Positions 37,980 to 47,377 of a stretch of DNA of 64,000 bases are shown here, piece by piece. The translations under genes were made by a program, and so were the position numbers. Source of the stretch: an uncultured Acidobacteriota bacterium (GTDB taxonomy: Bacteria; Acidobacteriota; Thermoanaerobaculia; Gp7-AA8); the NCBI GenBank assembly GCA_963741955.1, contig CAVUKB010000007.1, forward strand, positions 1,120,001 through 1,184,000. The letters run 5' to 3'. Numbering within the stretch: position 1 is the stretch's first letter; each line of letters begins with the position of its first letter. Under the pieces are notes generated by a model. That model saw nothing but the letters and a program-made list of their open reading frames with translations. It did not search any database and had not been told where the DNA came from.

Positions 37980-39296
37980 TCATCCCCTGGTCACAGACAT
38001 GAAGTTCTGGATCACGTCGTTGTAGAGGACCACGATCATCAGCGCGGCGAGAACGGCGAAGCCTATCTGCTGGATCCGTTCTTTCACCTGGATGGAGAGA
38101 TCGCGTCGCGCAACAGTCTCCACGGCGAGAATCATGATGTGACCCCCGTCGAGCACCGGAATCGGGAGGAGGTTCATGATTCCGAGCTGCAGGGAGATGG
38201 CGGCCATGAGGTAGACCAGCGCCTTCCATCCGGTGCGGAGCATCTCGCCCGAGATGCGAGCGATGGAGATCGGGCCACTGAAATCCTTCATGCTTCCCTG
38301 AGCACGGAAAAGTCTTCCCAGCACCGCGAACGTGTATTTGAGCATCTTCACGTTCTGATCGATGCTCTCCTGAAACGCCTCGACCGGACCGTAGACCTGC
38401 AGCTTCGTCGGCGGGATGAACCCCGGCCAGGTCTCCTTCTTCGAGCGCTGCGCCGGAAGGGTCAGATCGAGTCGCTTCCCCGCGCGCTCGACTTCGATTC
38501 CGACCGGCATGCCGGGACGCTTCCCGAGGAGGTCTTCGAGCTCCACGAGTTGGTCGACCGGATGCCCTGCCACTCCGACGATCCGATCCCCACTACGGAG
38601 ACCTGCACGGTCGGCGGCCGATCCTGGTTTGACCCGGCCGACTTCGTTACTGATCCAGGGGAGGACCCCCGCGAGTCCGGTGACGCCGTAATTCGTGACC
38701 ACGCGTTCGGGTACGAGATGAGTGACGTGGCGTGTGCCGTCCCGTTCGAAGACGATTCGGATCTGTTGGCCCGGATTCATTCCGACTGCGAGCTTCAGAT
38801 CGTCCCAGGAACGGATCGACTCACCACCGGCGGAGAGAATGATGTCGCCCTTCCGGAGGCCCGCCGTGGCAGCAGGTTTGTCGGGAACCACGCGCCCGAG
38901 TCTCGCTTCCTGATCCCGAAGCACTTCCGTCCCTGCCATGTTCAGCCAGGCGAGAAAAAGAATGGCGATCAGGATGTTCGCCATCGGCCCGGCGACGAGA
39001 ATCACGAAGCGCTGCCACTTGGGCTTGGAGAGAAACTCGTACGGAGTTCCTTCACGCTCTTCCTCCGGCATGTCGCCGGCCATGCGGACATATCCGCCGA
39101 GCGGAATCAGCGAGACGCGGTAGTCGGTGCCGCCCTTCTCGAATCCGAAGAGGCGCTTTCCGAATCCGAACGAAAAGATCAGAACCCGGACGCGGAAGAG
39201 CTTCGCCATCAGGAAGTGTCCCGATTCGTGCGCGAAGATCAGGAACCCGAGGACGATGACGACTGCGATGAGATTGGTTGCAATGCTCGATGCCAT
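37980..39296 (-). CDS. rseP: RIP metalloprotease RseP
   Basis: HESGH, IPLGGYVRM, two PDZ domains, NLLPIPVLDGG. Confidence 0.96.
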   Translation of the reverse strand: MASSIATNLIAVVIVLGFLIFAHESGHFLMAKLFRVRVLIFSFGFGKRLFGFEKGGTDYRVSLIPLGGYVRMAGDMPEEEREGTPYEFLSKPKWQRFVILVAGPMANILIAILFLAWLNMAGTEVLRDQEARLGRVVPDKPAATAGLRKGDIILSAGGESIRSWDDLKLAVGMNPGQQIRIVFERDGTRHVTHLVPERVVTNYGVTGLAGVLPWISNEVGRVKPGSAADRAGLRSGDRIVGVAGHPVDQLVELEDLLGKRPGMPVGIEVERAGKRLDLTLPAQRSKKETWPGFIPPTKLQVYGPVEAFQESIDQNVKMLKYTFAVLGRLFRAQGSMKDFSGPISIARISGEMLRTGWKALVYLMAAISLQLGIMNLLPIPVLDGGHIMILAVETVARRDLSIQVKERIQQIGFAVLAALMIVVLYNDVIQNFMSVTRG

Positions 39297-40495
39297 TAGC
39301 GGTCCCGCGATTTCGATGCTGAGTTCAACCCGCGTCCTGCAACAGTGATTCCTCTCGCTTCATTGCGGGCCCACCGGTCCCACTCCAGCGCCTCTTCAAC
39401 GGAGCCGAGCGGCAAGGTCTTTCCGGCGTGTCTCTCCAGCACCTGGTCGACGATCTCGACGATCGAGACGAACGGAATCTCACCGGCGAGAAATCGGGCG
39501 ACCGCGATCTCGTTCGCGGCATTCAGCACCGCCGGCATCGATCCTCCGGCGCGAAGGGCTGCATAGGCCAGCGATACGGCGGGAAAGCGATGATGGTCGA
39601 CCGGGACGAACTCCAGACGGCTGATCTTCGCGAGATCGAGACGTGCGAACGGAGCGGGATTCCGAACTGGATAGAACACAGCGTATTGAATCGGAAACTT
39701 CATGTCCGTGGTCGACATCTGCGCGATGATCGAACCGTCGACGTACTCGACCATGGAATGGACGATCGACTGCGGGTGGATGATGATGTCGATCTGGTCG
39801 GCCGGAAAGCCGAAGAGATGCTTCGCCTCGATCACTTCCAGCCCCTTGTTCATCATGGTGGCCGAGTCGATCGAGATCTTGTTTCCCATTTTCCAGGTCG
39901 GATGTTTGAGCGCGTCCTCGATGCTGATCTCACCGAACGTCTCGAGGTCGCGCCGGAGGAACGGACCTCCCGAGGCGGTGAGGATGATCCGGGCGACCTC
40001 GGATTTTGCGCCGCAGCGGAGGGCCTGATGGAGGGCGTTGTGCTCGGAGTCGACCGGGAGAATCTCTCCGCCGAACTTCTCCGCGGCGCGGGTCATCACG
40101 TCTCCGGCCGCCACCAGGACTTCCTTGTTCGCGATGCCGACTCGCTTGCCGCTGCAGAGTGCAGCGTAAACGGGTGGGATACCGGCGGCGCCGACGATTC
40201 CGGCGATCACCGTGTCGGCGCCCGGGAGGGTGGCGATCGCCGTCGCCCCTTCCCCTCCGTGGAGGATCGTCGGTCCACGTTCGCCCGAGAGGAACTCCTT
40301 CAGATCCCTCGCGTCCTTCTCCCCCCGGACCGAGACCACTTCGGGTTGGTAGGTCCGTATCTGCTCGGCGAGAAGACGTACGTTCGACCCGGCGGCGAGT
40401 CCGGCCACCCGGAGCTGCCCGGGATAGGCATCGACCACCGCCAGGGTGCTCCTGCCGATCGAGCCGGTACTTCCGAGGATGGAGAGAGTTCGCAT
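39296..40495 (-). CDS. dxr: 1-deoxy-D-xylulose-5-phosphate reductoisomerase
   Basis: LGSTGSIG, ANKE, PVDSEH, TASGGPF, HPTWKMG, NKGLEVIEA. Confidence 0.97.
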   Translation of the reverse strand: MRTLSILGSTGSIGRSTLAVVDAYPGQLRVAGLAAGSNVRLLAEQIRTYQPEVVSVRGEKDARDLKEFLSGERGPTILHGGEGATAIATLPGADTVIAGIVGAAGIPPVYAALCSGKRVGIANKEVLVAAGDVMTRAAEKFGGEILPVDSEHNALHQALRCGAKSEVARIILTASGGPFLRRDLETFGEISIEDALKHPTWKMGNKISIDSATMMNKGLEVIEAKHLFGFPADQIDIIIHPQSIVHSMVEYVDGSIIAQMSTTDMKFPIQYAVFYPVRNPAPFARLDLAKISRLEFVPVDHHRFPAVSLAYAALRAGGSMPAVLNAANEIAVARFLAGEIPFVSIVEIVDQVLERHAGKTLPLGSVEEALEWDRWARNEARGITVAGRGLNSASKSRDR

Positions 40496-40496
40496 G

Positions 40497-41360
40497 TCAG
40501 AAAGTCTTCAATCCGTACGTCAGAAGGAACCAGTAGGCGTACAGGATCGGTGCCGTGAAGAGGATCGAGTCGAAACGATCGAGAAATCCACCGTGTCCGG
40601 GGATCAGCGCTCCGGAGTCTTTCACTGCGGCAGAACGCTTCCAGAGCGATTCCGCGAGATCACCCACGATTCCCGACACGGAGAGGATCGCCGCGGCGAT
40701 GATGGCATGGCCGAGCGGAAACGCGGGGAAGAACGTGAAGTGGATGATGATCGCCGCGGTCACGGAGGTTGCGACGCCGCCGATACCGCCTTCGACAGTC
40801 TTCTTCGGGCTCACCCGGGGTGACAGCTTGTGTTTCCCGAACTTCGAGCCGACGTAATACGCGCCGGCATCTCCGAGCCAGACCACGAGGAGGAGAAAGA
40901 AGATCAGCGCGGCACCGTTCGGAGGAAAGTCGAGGCGCAAACGGATCAATGATCCGGCGAGCATTCCGACGTAAAGAGTTCCCAGAACGCAGACTGCAGT
41001 CGCCGGGAGCGCCGCCTCCAGCGACGACCGCGAAAAGACGAAAGCCGCGGGGAGAACCAGAAGGACGGCGAAAACTCCGAGCTCCACCGACACGTGCGGG
41101 ATGATGAATGCAGTGAGGAGAAAAAACATCAGCAGAATGGAAAGGATCTTCTGAACCGGATACCCCTTCTTTTCGCCGAGGACCAGAAACTCCAGCAGCG
41201 CGAGGCCGCTGATCAGACCGATGGTGCCGACGAAGACGGCGTGTGGCGCCCAGCCGATGATCCAGATGATCAGAGGAGCCGCGACGAGCGAGGTGATCTC
41301 TCTCGTGAACCGCGTTCGGCTCGCAACAGCGGGAGGTGGAGGTACGCTGGTCTCGGCCAT
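40497..41360 (-). CDS. cdsA: Phosphatidate cytidylyltransferase
   Basis: DAGAYYVG, SPKKTVEG, KDSGALIPGHGGFLDRFDS. Confidence 0.96.
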   Translation of the reverse strand: MAETSVPPPPAVASRTRFTREITSLVAAPLIIWIIGWAPHAVFVGTIGLISGLALLEFLVLGEKKGYPVQKILSILLMFFLLTAFIIPHVSVELGVFAVLLVLPAAFVFSRSSLEAALPATAVCVLGTLYVGMLAGSLIRLRLDFPPNGAALIFFLLLVVWLGDAGAYYVGSKFGKHKLSPRVSPKKTVEGGIGGVATSVTAAIIIHFTFFPAFPLGHAIIAAAILSVSGIVGDLAESLWKRSAAVKDSGALIPGHGGFLDRFDSILFTAPILYAYWFLLTYGLKTF

Positions 41361-41365
41361 GCGGT

Positions 41366-42181
41366 TCAGACGCGATTCTCGTCGGCTTCGATGAAGATCT
41401 CCGACTCCGGCTCGGCAACTCCTCCATAGCGGCGCTCCCGTGCCTGGAAATCGACGATCGCCTCGAACAGGTGCTGGCGCCGGAAGTCGGGCCAGAGAAC
41501 CTTCGTCACGTGGATCTCCGAATAGGCGATCTGCCAGAGGAGGAAATTGGAGACGCGGAGCTCACCGCTGGTACGGATCAGAAGATCCGGATCGGCGATG
41601 TTGCCGGCGTAGAGATGGCTCGCGAAGAACTCCTCGTCGACTCGAAAGTCGTCGAGATCCTTCTCGCGGAGGATGGTCATGATCCGGTTGACCGTGTCCA
41701 CGATCTCCGCGCGACCGCCGTAATTCAGGGCGATCTGGAACAGCAGACCGGTGTTGCCGGCGGTCTGTTCCTGCGCGAACCGGAGCTCTTTCTGCACGCT
41801 CTCCTCGAGTCCCTGAATCCGTCCGATCGGGGAGAAGCGGATGTTGTTCTCCATCAGAGTGGTGAGCTCCTTCCGGAGATACTCCTTGAGCAGCATCATC
41901 AGCGTGGCCACTTCGAACCGCGGCCGCTTCCAGTTCTCCACCGAGAAGGCGTAGAGCGTGATCACCGGAAGCTCGAGGCGCGCCGCAGTTTCGACGATCT
42001 CCCGTACCGAAGCGATTCCCGCCCGATGCCCTTCGACGCGTGGGAGCCGCCGCGTCTTCGCCCAGCGGCCGTTTCCGTCCATGATCACCGCGACGTGCCT
42101 GGGAAGTCTGGTGAAGTCGATCCGTTCGAGCAGCTTCTCTTCGACGGATCCCGGTTCGGCCAGTTTGGAGACGTCGATCAT
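41366..42181 (-). CDS. uppS: Undecaprenyl diphosphate synthase
   Basis: HVAVIMDGNGRWA, FSVENWKRP, NYGGR, DLLIRTSGELRVSNFLLWQ. Confidence 0.97.
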   Translation of the reverse strand: MIDVSKLAEPGSVEEKLLERIDFTRLPRHVAVIMDGNGRWAKTRRLPRVEGHRAGIASVREIVETAARLELPVITLYAFSVENWKRPRFEVATLMMLLKEYLRKELTTLMENNIRFSPIGRIQGLEESVQKELRFAQEQTAGNTGLLFQIALNYGGRAEIVDTVNRIMTILREKDLDDFRVDEEFFASHLYAGNIADPDLLIRTSGELRVSNFLLWQIAYSEIHVTKVLWPDFRRQHLFEAIVDFQARERRYGGVAEPESEIFIEADENRV

Positions 42182-42191
42182 CGTTGAAAGC

Positions 42192-43001
42192 TCATCTTAG
42201 CACAGCGTTTTCCGGCCAACCGTCCGCTCCTGCAGCGCTCTCGCCCCCGCTCAGGAAGGGGATGCTTTCATAGAAAACTTCTTCCAGAAACAGGCCATGA
42301 GGAGGTGCAGTCCACCTCGCTTCTCCGAACTCCGGCTCGAGAGCGCGGCGTCCCGATTCGGGCTCGAGTTTTCCACGGCCGACCTCGATCAGCAGGCCGG
42401 CGATCCGCCGGACCATGAAGCGAAGGAAGCCGTCGGCCTCCACGTCGATCCGCACCACTTCGCCCTGGCGTTGCACGGCGAGCGCGTGCAGCGTTCGCTC
42501 GGTGGACGAGACCTCGGGGGCGAGGACGGTGAACGAACGGAAGTCGTGCCGTCCGATGAGAGGCGCCGCCGCGGCCCGCATCCGTGCGATCTCGAGCCGT
42601 GCCGGGACCCATGCGTGAGTCGCGGAGAGGAAGGGGTCTTCGACGGAGCTGTTGCAGATCCAATACGAGTAGTGTTTTCCACGTGCCTCGAAACGGCAAT
42701 GGAACGCCGGATCGACTTCACGCGCTTCGGTGATCCGGACGTCTCGCGGGAGGAGGTCGTTCAGCCCGCGGATCAACCCTCTTTCCTCGATGACAAACGG
42801 GAGATCTGCGTGCGCCCGCTGAGCGCGGGCGTGAACGCCCGAATCCGTTCGCCCTGCCGAATGCACGGTCACGTCGATGCGGAACATCCTCCGCAGCGCA
42901 TCTTCGAATACCTGCTGCACGGCGACGGCGTTCGTCTGGCGCTGCCATCCCGCATAGCGAGTCCCGAGGTACTGCAGCGTGAACAGGATGCGTCGCATCA
43001 C
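42192..43001 (-). CDS. truA: tRNA pseudouridine(38-40) synthase
   Basis: GWQRQ, AGRTDSGVHA, GRHDFRSF, GFLRFMVR, APPHGL. Confidence 0.96.
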   Translation of the reverse strand: MMRRILFTLQYLGTRYAGWQRQTNAVAVQQVFEDALRRMFRIDVTVHSAGRTDSGVHARAQRAHADLPFVIEERGLIRGLNDLLPRDVRITEAREVDPAFHCRFEARGKHYSYWICNSSVEDPFLSATHAWVPARLEIARMRAAAAPLIGRHDFRSFTVLAPEVSSTERTLHALAVQRQGEVVRIDVEADGFLRFMVRRIAGLLIEVGRGKLEPESGRRALEPEFGEARWTAPPHGLFLEEVFYESIPFLSGGESAAGADGWPENAVLR

Positions 43002-43015
43002 CCGCGCCTCGCGCG

Positions 43016-44704
43016 TCAGCGCAGATCGGCCGCGAGGATGTTCTGCCGCCGGAATCCGGTCACGTACGAGCCGTCGTCCACCACTCCGACCGAGATCTTG
43101 TTCGGTCCTTTCTCGAGCAGCAGCTCCGCCGAAAATGTGTAGTAGTCCCCTTTGGCCTTTTCCAGCTCACTCTTCGACAGACGGATCTGATGCGACTGGT
43201 GGGTCACGTCGCTCATGTCTCCGAGCTGGTTCGCGGCTACGAAGTAGACGGTGAAACTGGCCACGTTCATCTCGCCTTGCGGAAGGAAGGTGAGGTTGTC
43301 CATCGGAATGTGGACTTCGACCGGGACCTTGAAGCGATCCTCTTCCACCGAGACCGGCTGTCCGGTGGTGACGGTGATGTTCAGGTCGTTCGGCTGGCCT
43401 TCATAGAAGATGTTGGCGATCACTCGATCGTTCATCTCCGATGGAACGGACTTCTCGACGAAGGTCTGCCGCGCACGGACGACGTAGTTCCGGTTCTTCA
43501 TCCGGACGGCGACGCCTCTCTGCCGGTCGACCCGTTCGGTTCCTGCGCGGTATCCGATGGAGTAGTAATGCTCGAGATCGTTCTCGATCTGATTGAACGC
43601 TCCGTCGAAATTGTTGGTGCCGACCGTCGCGAGGCCGCCGGTCATCTGCGCCAGAAGCTGGAGGGAGTCGGTGCTGTTCGACAGAGCTGCCTGCTGGACG
43701 TTGTAGGAGACGGGTGAGCGGTTCTCCGCGGTGGCGCCGGCGCCGTATGCGCTGAGTCCTCCCGCGTGGAGCGTGTAGAGGGTGATGCCGTTCGCATTGG
43801 CGGTCCGGGCGAGCGACTGGATCAATCCCGCCGAATTGAAGCTCATTCCCTCCAGGAGGCTCGACCCCCGACCCTGCCAGTTCGATTTCTCGCGCTGGAT
43901 GTCGTCGATGAAGTAGAACATGTCCTTCCCCGGCTGCATGGGAAAGCCTTCACTGGTCATGACCATGATCTTCTTTCCCTCCACGCCGGCGAGGGTGGTC
44001 ATCAATCCGTTGACCGCCGAGACGGTCTGACGGAGGTCGTGCTCGACCGACTGTGCGTACTGGCGTGCCGCAGCCACTGCCTGGTCGTAGCTCTGAGCAT
44101 CCCGGATCTGATCCTGGGTCTGCTTCTGGTCGCTGAGGTTGTGAACTCCGAATGCGCTCTCACCTTTGATTCCTTCGAGCATCTGGGTGATCTGCTCGGA
44201 GTCGGTGGTGAACGGGACCCGTACCTTCATGCTCCGGTTCCAGGTGGCGACCATCGCCTCGTCTCCGGGACGCATGGCGGTCTTCACGAACTTCTCCATC
44301 GAATCGAAGACGCGGTTGCGGTTGAAGGGATTCAGCGAGAGGTTGTCTACGAAGATGATGATCTTCCGCTTCTGATTCTCCGGAACCTGTACCGGAACGG
44401 CGGGCGCGGCCTTGACCTCCGGTTCCACCGGCTTCTTCGTCGGCGGCTGGGCCGGTACGGAGATCTCCGAGAAGTTGGTGATCTTCTGCGGGGTTCCGTT
44501 CTCCAGGACTTCGAAATCGCCCTTCTTGAGACCTTTGATCGGATTCCCCTTCTTGTCGGTGACCACGACGTCGATGTTGATCACCCGGACGTCGATGGTG
44601 GCGGAGAACCCCGGTTGCTTTTGCTGCGGATCGGTTTGTGCGAAAGCCGGCAGCCCCTCGAGCAGCATGAGCAAGGCAGACGCGACGGCGGCGAAGCGTT
44701 TCAA
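43016..44704 (-). CDS. Secreted VWA-domain protein, acidobacterial type
   Basis: TTG start after GGAGG; signal peptide; VINIDVVVTDKKGNPIKGLKKGDFEVLENG, GKKIMVMTSEG, LAQMTGG, YYSIGY. Confidence 0.88.
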   Translation of the reverse strand: MKRFAAVASALLMLLEGLPAFAQTDPQQKQPGFSATIDVRVINIDVVVTDKKGNPIKGLKKGDFEVLENGTPQKITNFSEISVPAQPPTKKPVEPEVKAAPAVPVQVPENQKRKIIIFVDNLSLNPFNRNRVFDSMEKFVKTAMRPGDEAMVATWNRSMKVRVPFTTDSEQITQMLEGIKGESAFGVHNLSDQKQTQDQIRDAQSYDQAVAAARQYAQSVEHDLRQTVSAVNGLMTTLAGVEGKKIMVMTSEGFPMQPGKDMFYFIDDIQREKSNWQGRGSSLLEGMSFNSAGLIQSLARTANANGITLYTLHAGGLSAYGAGATAENRSPVSYNVQQAALSNSTDSLQLLAQMTGGLATVGTNNFDGAFNQIENDLEHYYSIGYRAGTERVDRQRGVAVRMKNRNYVVRARQTFVEKSVPSEMNDRVIANIFYEGQPNDLNITVTTGQPVSVEEDRFKVPVEVHIPMDNLTFLPQGEMNVASFTVYFVAANQLGDMSDVTHQSHQIRLSKSELEKAKGDYYTFSAELLLEKGPNKISVGVVDDGSYVTGFRRQNILAADLR

Positions 44705-44879
44705 TGTCTCCTCCGGTCGTTCTGAGTGCACGCTGACGGAGCGGTTCACGGCAATGCCCGCGCGTGCACGAAACGTGTATTCTACCGTTTGACGCAGCGC
44801 GCTCTCCCGGGGTTCCGAACCGCGGCGGCGCACGACGCCAGTCTGCGTTCGGAAGGATGCGGGGAAGGCAAAAATTCCG

Positions 44880-45800
44880 ATGCTCAAACCTCTATCCACG
44901 GGATCCAGAGGCCCGGGCTCTCTCGAATTCTTCAAAATGTCGGGGGCGGGCAACGACTTCGTCGTGGTCGACAACCGCAGCGGTGCGGTTCGCGATCCGT
45001 CGACGCTCGCGCGAAAACTCTGCACCCGGCGGCTCTCAGTCGGAGCGGATGGTCTGATCCTGATCGAGAGCTCTGCCCGCGCGACCTTTCGGATGCGTTA
45101 CTTCAATGCGGACGGATCGCTCGCGGACTTCTGCGCCAACGGCACCCGTTGCGCGGCGCGGTTCGCTCTGCTCAACGTGATCGCATCGCGAAGAATGACG
45201 ATCGAGACCGGCGCGGCGGTGGTTCCCGCCGAAGTGGTCGACCAGCGCGTGACGCTCTCGATCTCGCCGCCTTCCGGATTCGAGGCGATCCGTCCTCTCG
45301 CCATCCGAAGCGGACGTGAGATTCGCGGCAGCTTCCTGCGAGTCGGAGTGCCTCATTACGTGATCTTCGTCCGGGAAGGACTGTGGGAGCGCGACATCGA
45401 CGCGCTGGGAAGAGAGATCCGGCATCATCCAGATCTCCAGCCGGACGGCGCCAACGTCAACTTCGTCACCATTCGCGGACGGAACGATCTCGACATCCGC
45501 ACCTGGGAGCGCGGGGTGGAAGCAGAAACCCTCGCCTGCGGGTCCGGAGTCGTCGCGTCGGTCTCCGTCAGCGCCATCTCGGGGCGGGTCGAATCTCCGG
45601 TACGTGTCCGCACGCGAAGCGGCGTCATTCTGACCGTGACCTTCTCCGGCGGCTCGTCAGCCGACGGGCCGCGCATCGGCGCTCTCACCCTCTCGGGCGA
45701 CGCGCGGGTCGTCTATCGTGGAGTTCTCCTGCCCGAGGCGACGGAAGGATTCGATCCGGAGTGGGTGGCGCACCCGACGGAAAACGTGCTGGAATCGTAG
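44880..45800 (+). CDS. dapF: Diaminopimelate epimerase
   Basis: KMSGAGNDF, GADG, FCANGTRC, GVPH, NVNF, WERGVEAETLACGSG. Confidence 0.95.
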   Translation: MLKPLSTGSRGPGSLEFFKMSGAGNDFVVVDNRSGAVRDPSTLARKLCTRRLSVGADGLILIESSARATFRMRYFNADGSLADFCANGTRCAARFALLNVIASRRMTIETGAAVVPAEVVDQRVTLSISPPSGFEAIRPLAIRSGREIRGSFLRVGVPHYVIFVREGLWERDIDALGREIRHHPDLQPDGANVNFVTIRGRNDLDIRTWERGVEAETLACGSGVVASVSVSAISGRVESPVRVRTRSGVILTVTFSGGSSADGPRIGALTLSGDARVVYRGVLLPEATEGFDPEWVAHPTENVLES

Positions 45801-45808
45801 AACCGACC

Positions 45809-47377
45809 GTGGACCGGACTCCCATCTCCTTTCTCCGCGCGGCTGCACTCGCAGCGTCTGTCGCGCTCGCCGCATGGCTGATCGTGTCGGCACGCGCGGA
45901 CCAGACGCCCGTCGACACGGCCCTTCCGCTCTTCGCAGCATCAGCGGCCTTCGCTTCCTGGTTCGGCTCGAGCGTCGTGAGCCGGAGAGCGCTGCCGGTC
46001 CCGGCGCTCCTGATGCTGCTGGCGGAGATTGCGATCGCGCATCCGGCGGAGCGGATGCTGGTTCTCGGAGTGCTGCTGCTCGCGTCGGTGGCGGGAGCGA
46101 TCATCTCGTCGGTCGGCGCGGGCGGGATCGCCACGTTCGACGCGTCCGTCCTCCTGATGATGGCGGCGGTACCGGCCCGGCTGATCGGATTCGACTGGAG
46201 TGCCGCCGCGGTGCTCGCCGGCTCGGTCGCGCTGATCGTGGCGATGGCGGACGACGGCTACGTTCGTCCGGCAGGGTTGCTTCTCGCCATCGCGATCTCG
46301 ATCAGCGCACCGGTGGAGCCGGCGCGCCTCCTGGTCTGGCCGTTCCTTCTCGCGATGCTGCTGCGTTCGATGAAGATGCCATCGGTGATCTCTCTCACGG
46401 CATTGGCTGCTGCTGCGCTGCTGGCCGGGAAGTGGGCCATTCCGATTGCGGTCGTCCCGTTCGTACTTCTCCTGGTGAAGCGCGAAGTGCCGTCATTCAC
46501 GCCTCCCATGATTCCGGTTGCGCTCACGAAAATCGGGTCGCTCGTTCTCCCGCGGGCGGTGCTGTTCGATCCCGGGATCGGATCCGATCTCGCCGCCTCT
46601 CCCTGGAGTGCCCGTCTGGTCGTGCTCCTTCTTGCGGGGGGTGCAGTCGTTCTACGTCCGGCGATCGGCCTCTTCTACGCCCTCACTGCCATTGCAATCG
46701 CGACCGTCACGGCGGATCGTCGCCTCTCGCGTGTCCCCCTGGTTCTCGCGGTATTCGTCTCGGCGATGCTCGCTCTCATCGCGTGGAGCGGAGCGATCGA
46801 CGCGGGATTCCCCCTCCCGCTTCCGATCTGGTCGCTGGCGCTCGTGGCGGCGATCGCCGTCGTGCCGGCCTTCGATCCCCGCGCGCTGGTCACCGGAGCC
46901 GTTGCGGCGACGGCGTTCTTCGCGCTCCTCGCGACGCGTTCCGACGTGCGGCGGGTCGAAGTCGGGATGGAGGCGACGCCGGCGAAGGAAGCGTCGTTCG
47001 TCCTTCCCCGCAATGACGGAACGGTCGACCTCCTCCTCTCCGGTACGAATCTGGCGGGAGGAGAGCTCGGGACTCCGGTTGCATTCATCGACGCGGTCGA
47101 TGGAAGAGGGCGCGGATTCCGGCGGACGGTGAGGATCGGTGACGTCGCGGACTGGGGTGCGTTCCGTCCTTCGATGTGGTTTCGTACCGAAAATTCGATT
47201 CCGTTCCGCCCGGCGGGCGAGATCACGGGCTCGGGGCCCCGTTCCTGGATCCGCGGTACGGGGCGGGTTCGGATCAAGGTGCCGGAGCCCCTCCGTGCCG
47301 TGTCGGTGAGAATCGGTAGTGATGTTCCGTCCGGCGCCGCAATCGTGATCGAATCGGTCGAGGTGCCGTCCCGATGA
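45809..47377 (+). CDS. Polytopic membrane protein with a C-terminal soluble domain, function unknown
   Basis: Many hydrophobic helices followed by a beta-rich tail; ATGA overlap with the next gene; start uncertain. Confidence 0.7.
   Translation: MDRTPISFLRAAALAASVALAAWLIVSARADQTPVDTALPLFAASAAFASWFGSSVVSRRALPVPALLMLLAEIAIAHPAERMLVLGVLLLASVAGAIISSVGAGGIATFDASVLLMMAAVPARLIGFDWSAAAVLAGSVALIVAMADDGYVRPAGLLLAIAISISAPVEPARLLVWPFLLAMLLRSMKMPSVISLTALAAAALLAGKWAIPIAVVPFVLLLVKREVPSFTPPMIPVALTKIGSLVLPRAVLFDPGIGSDLAASPWSARLVVLLLAGGAVVLRPAIGLFYALTAIAIATVTADRRLSRVPLVLAVFVSAMLALIAWSGAIDAGFPLPLPIWSLALVAAIAVVPAFDPRALVTGAVAATAFFALLATRSDVRRVEVGMEATPAKEASFVLPRNDGTVDLLLSGTNLAGGELGTPVAFIDAVDGRGRGFRRTVRIGDVADWGAFRPSMWFRTENSIPFRPAGEITGSGPRSWIRGTGRVRIKVPEPLRAVSVRIGSDVPSGAAIVIESVEVPSR

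Noticed and set aside
37499-38002. ORFs starting in or crossing the MITE copies (37499-37831, 37613-38002, 25492-25701, 25589-26656)
   Set aside because: Their shared peptide text comes from the repeated DNA; none has transposase motifs
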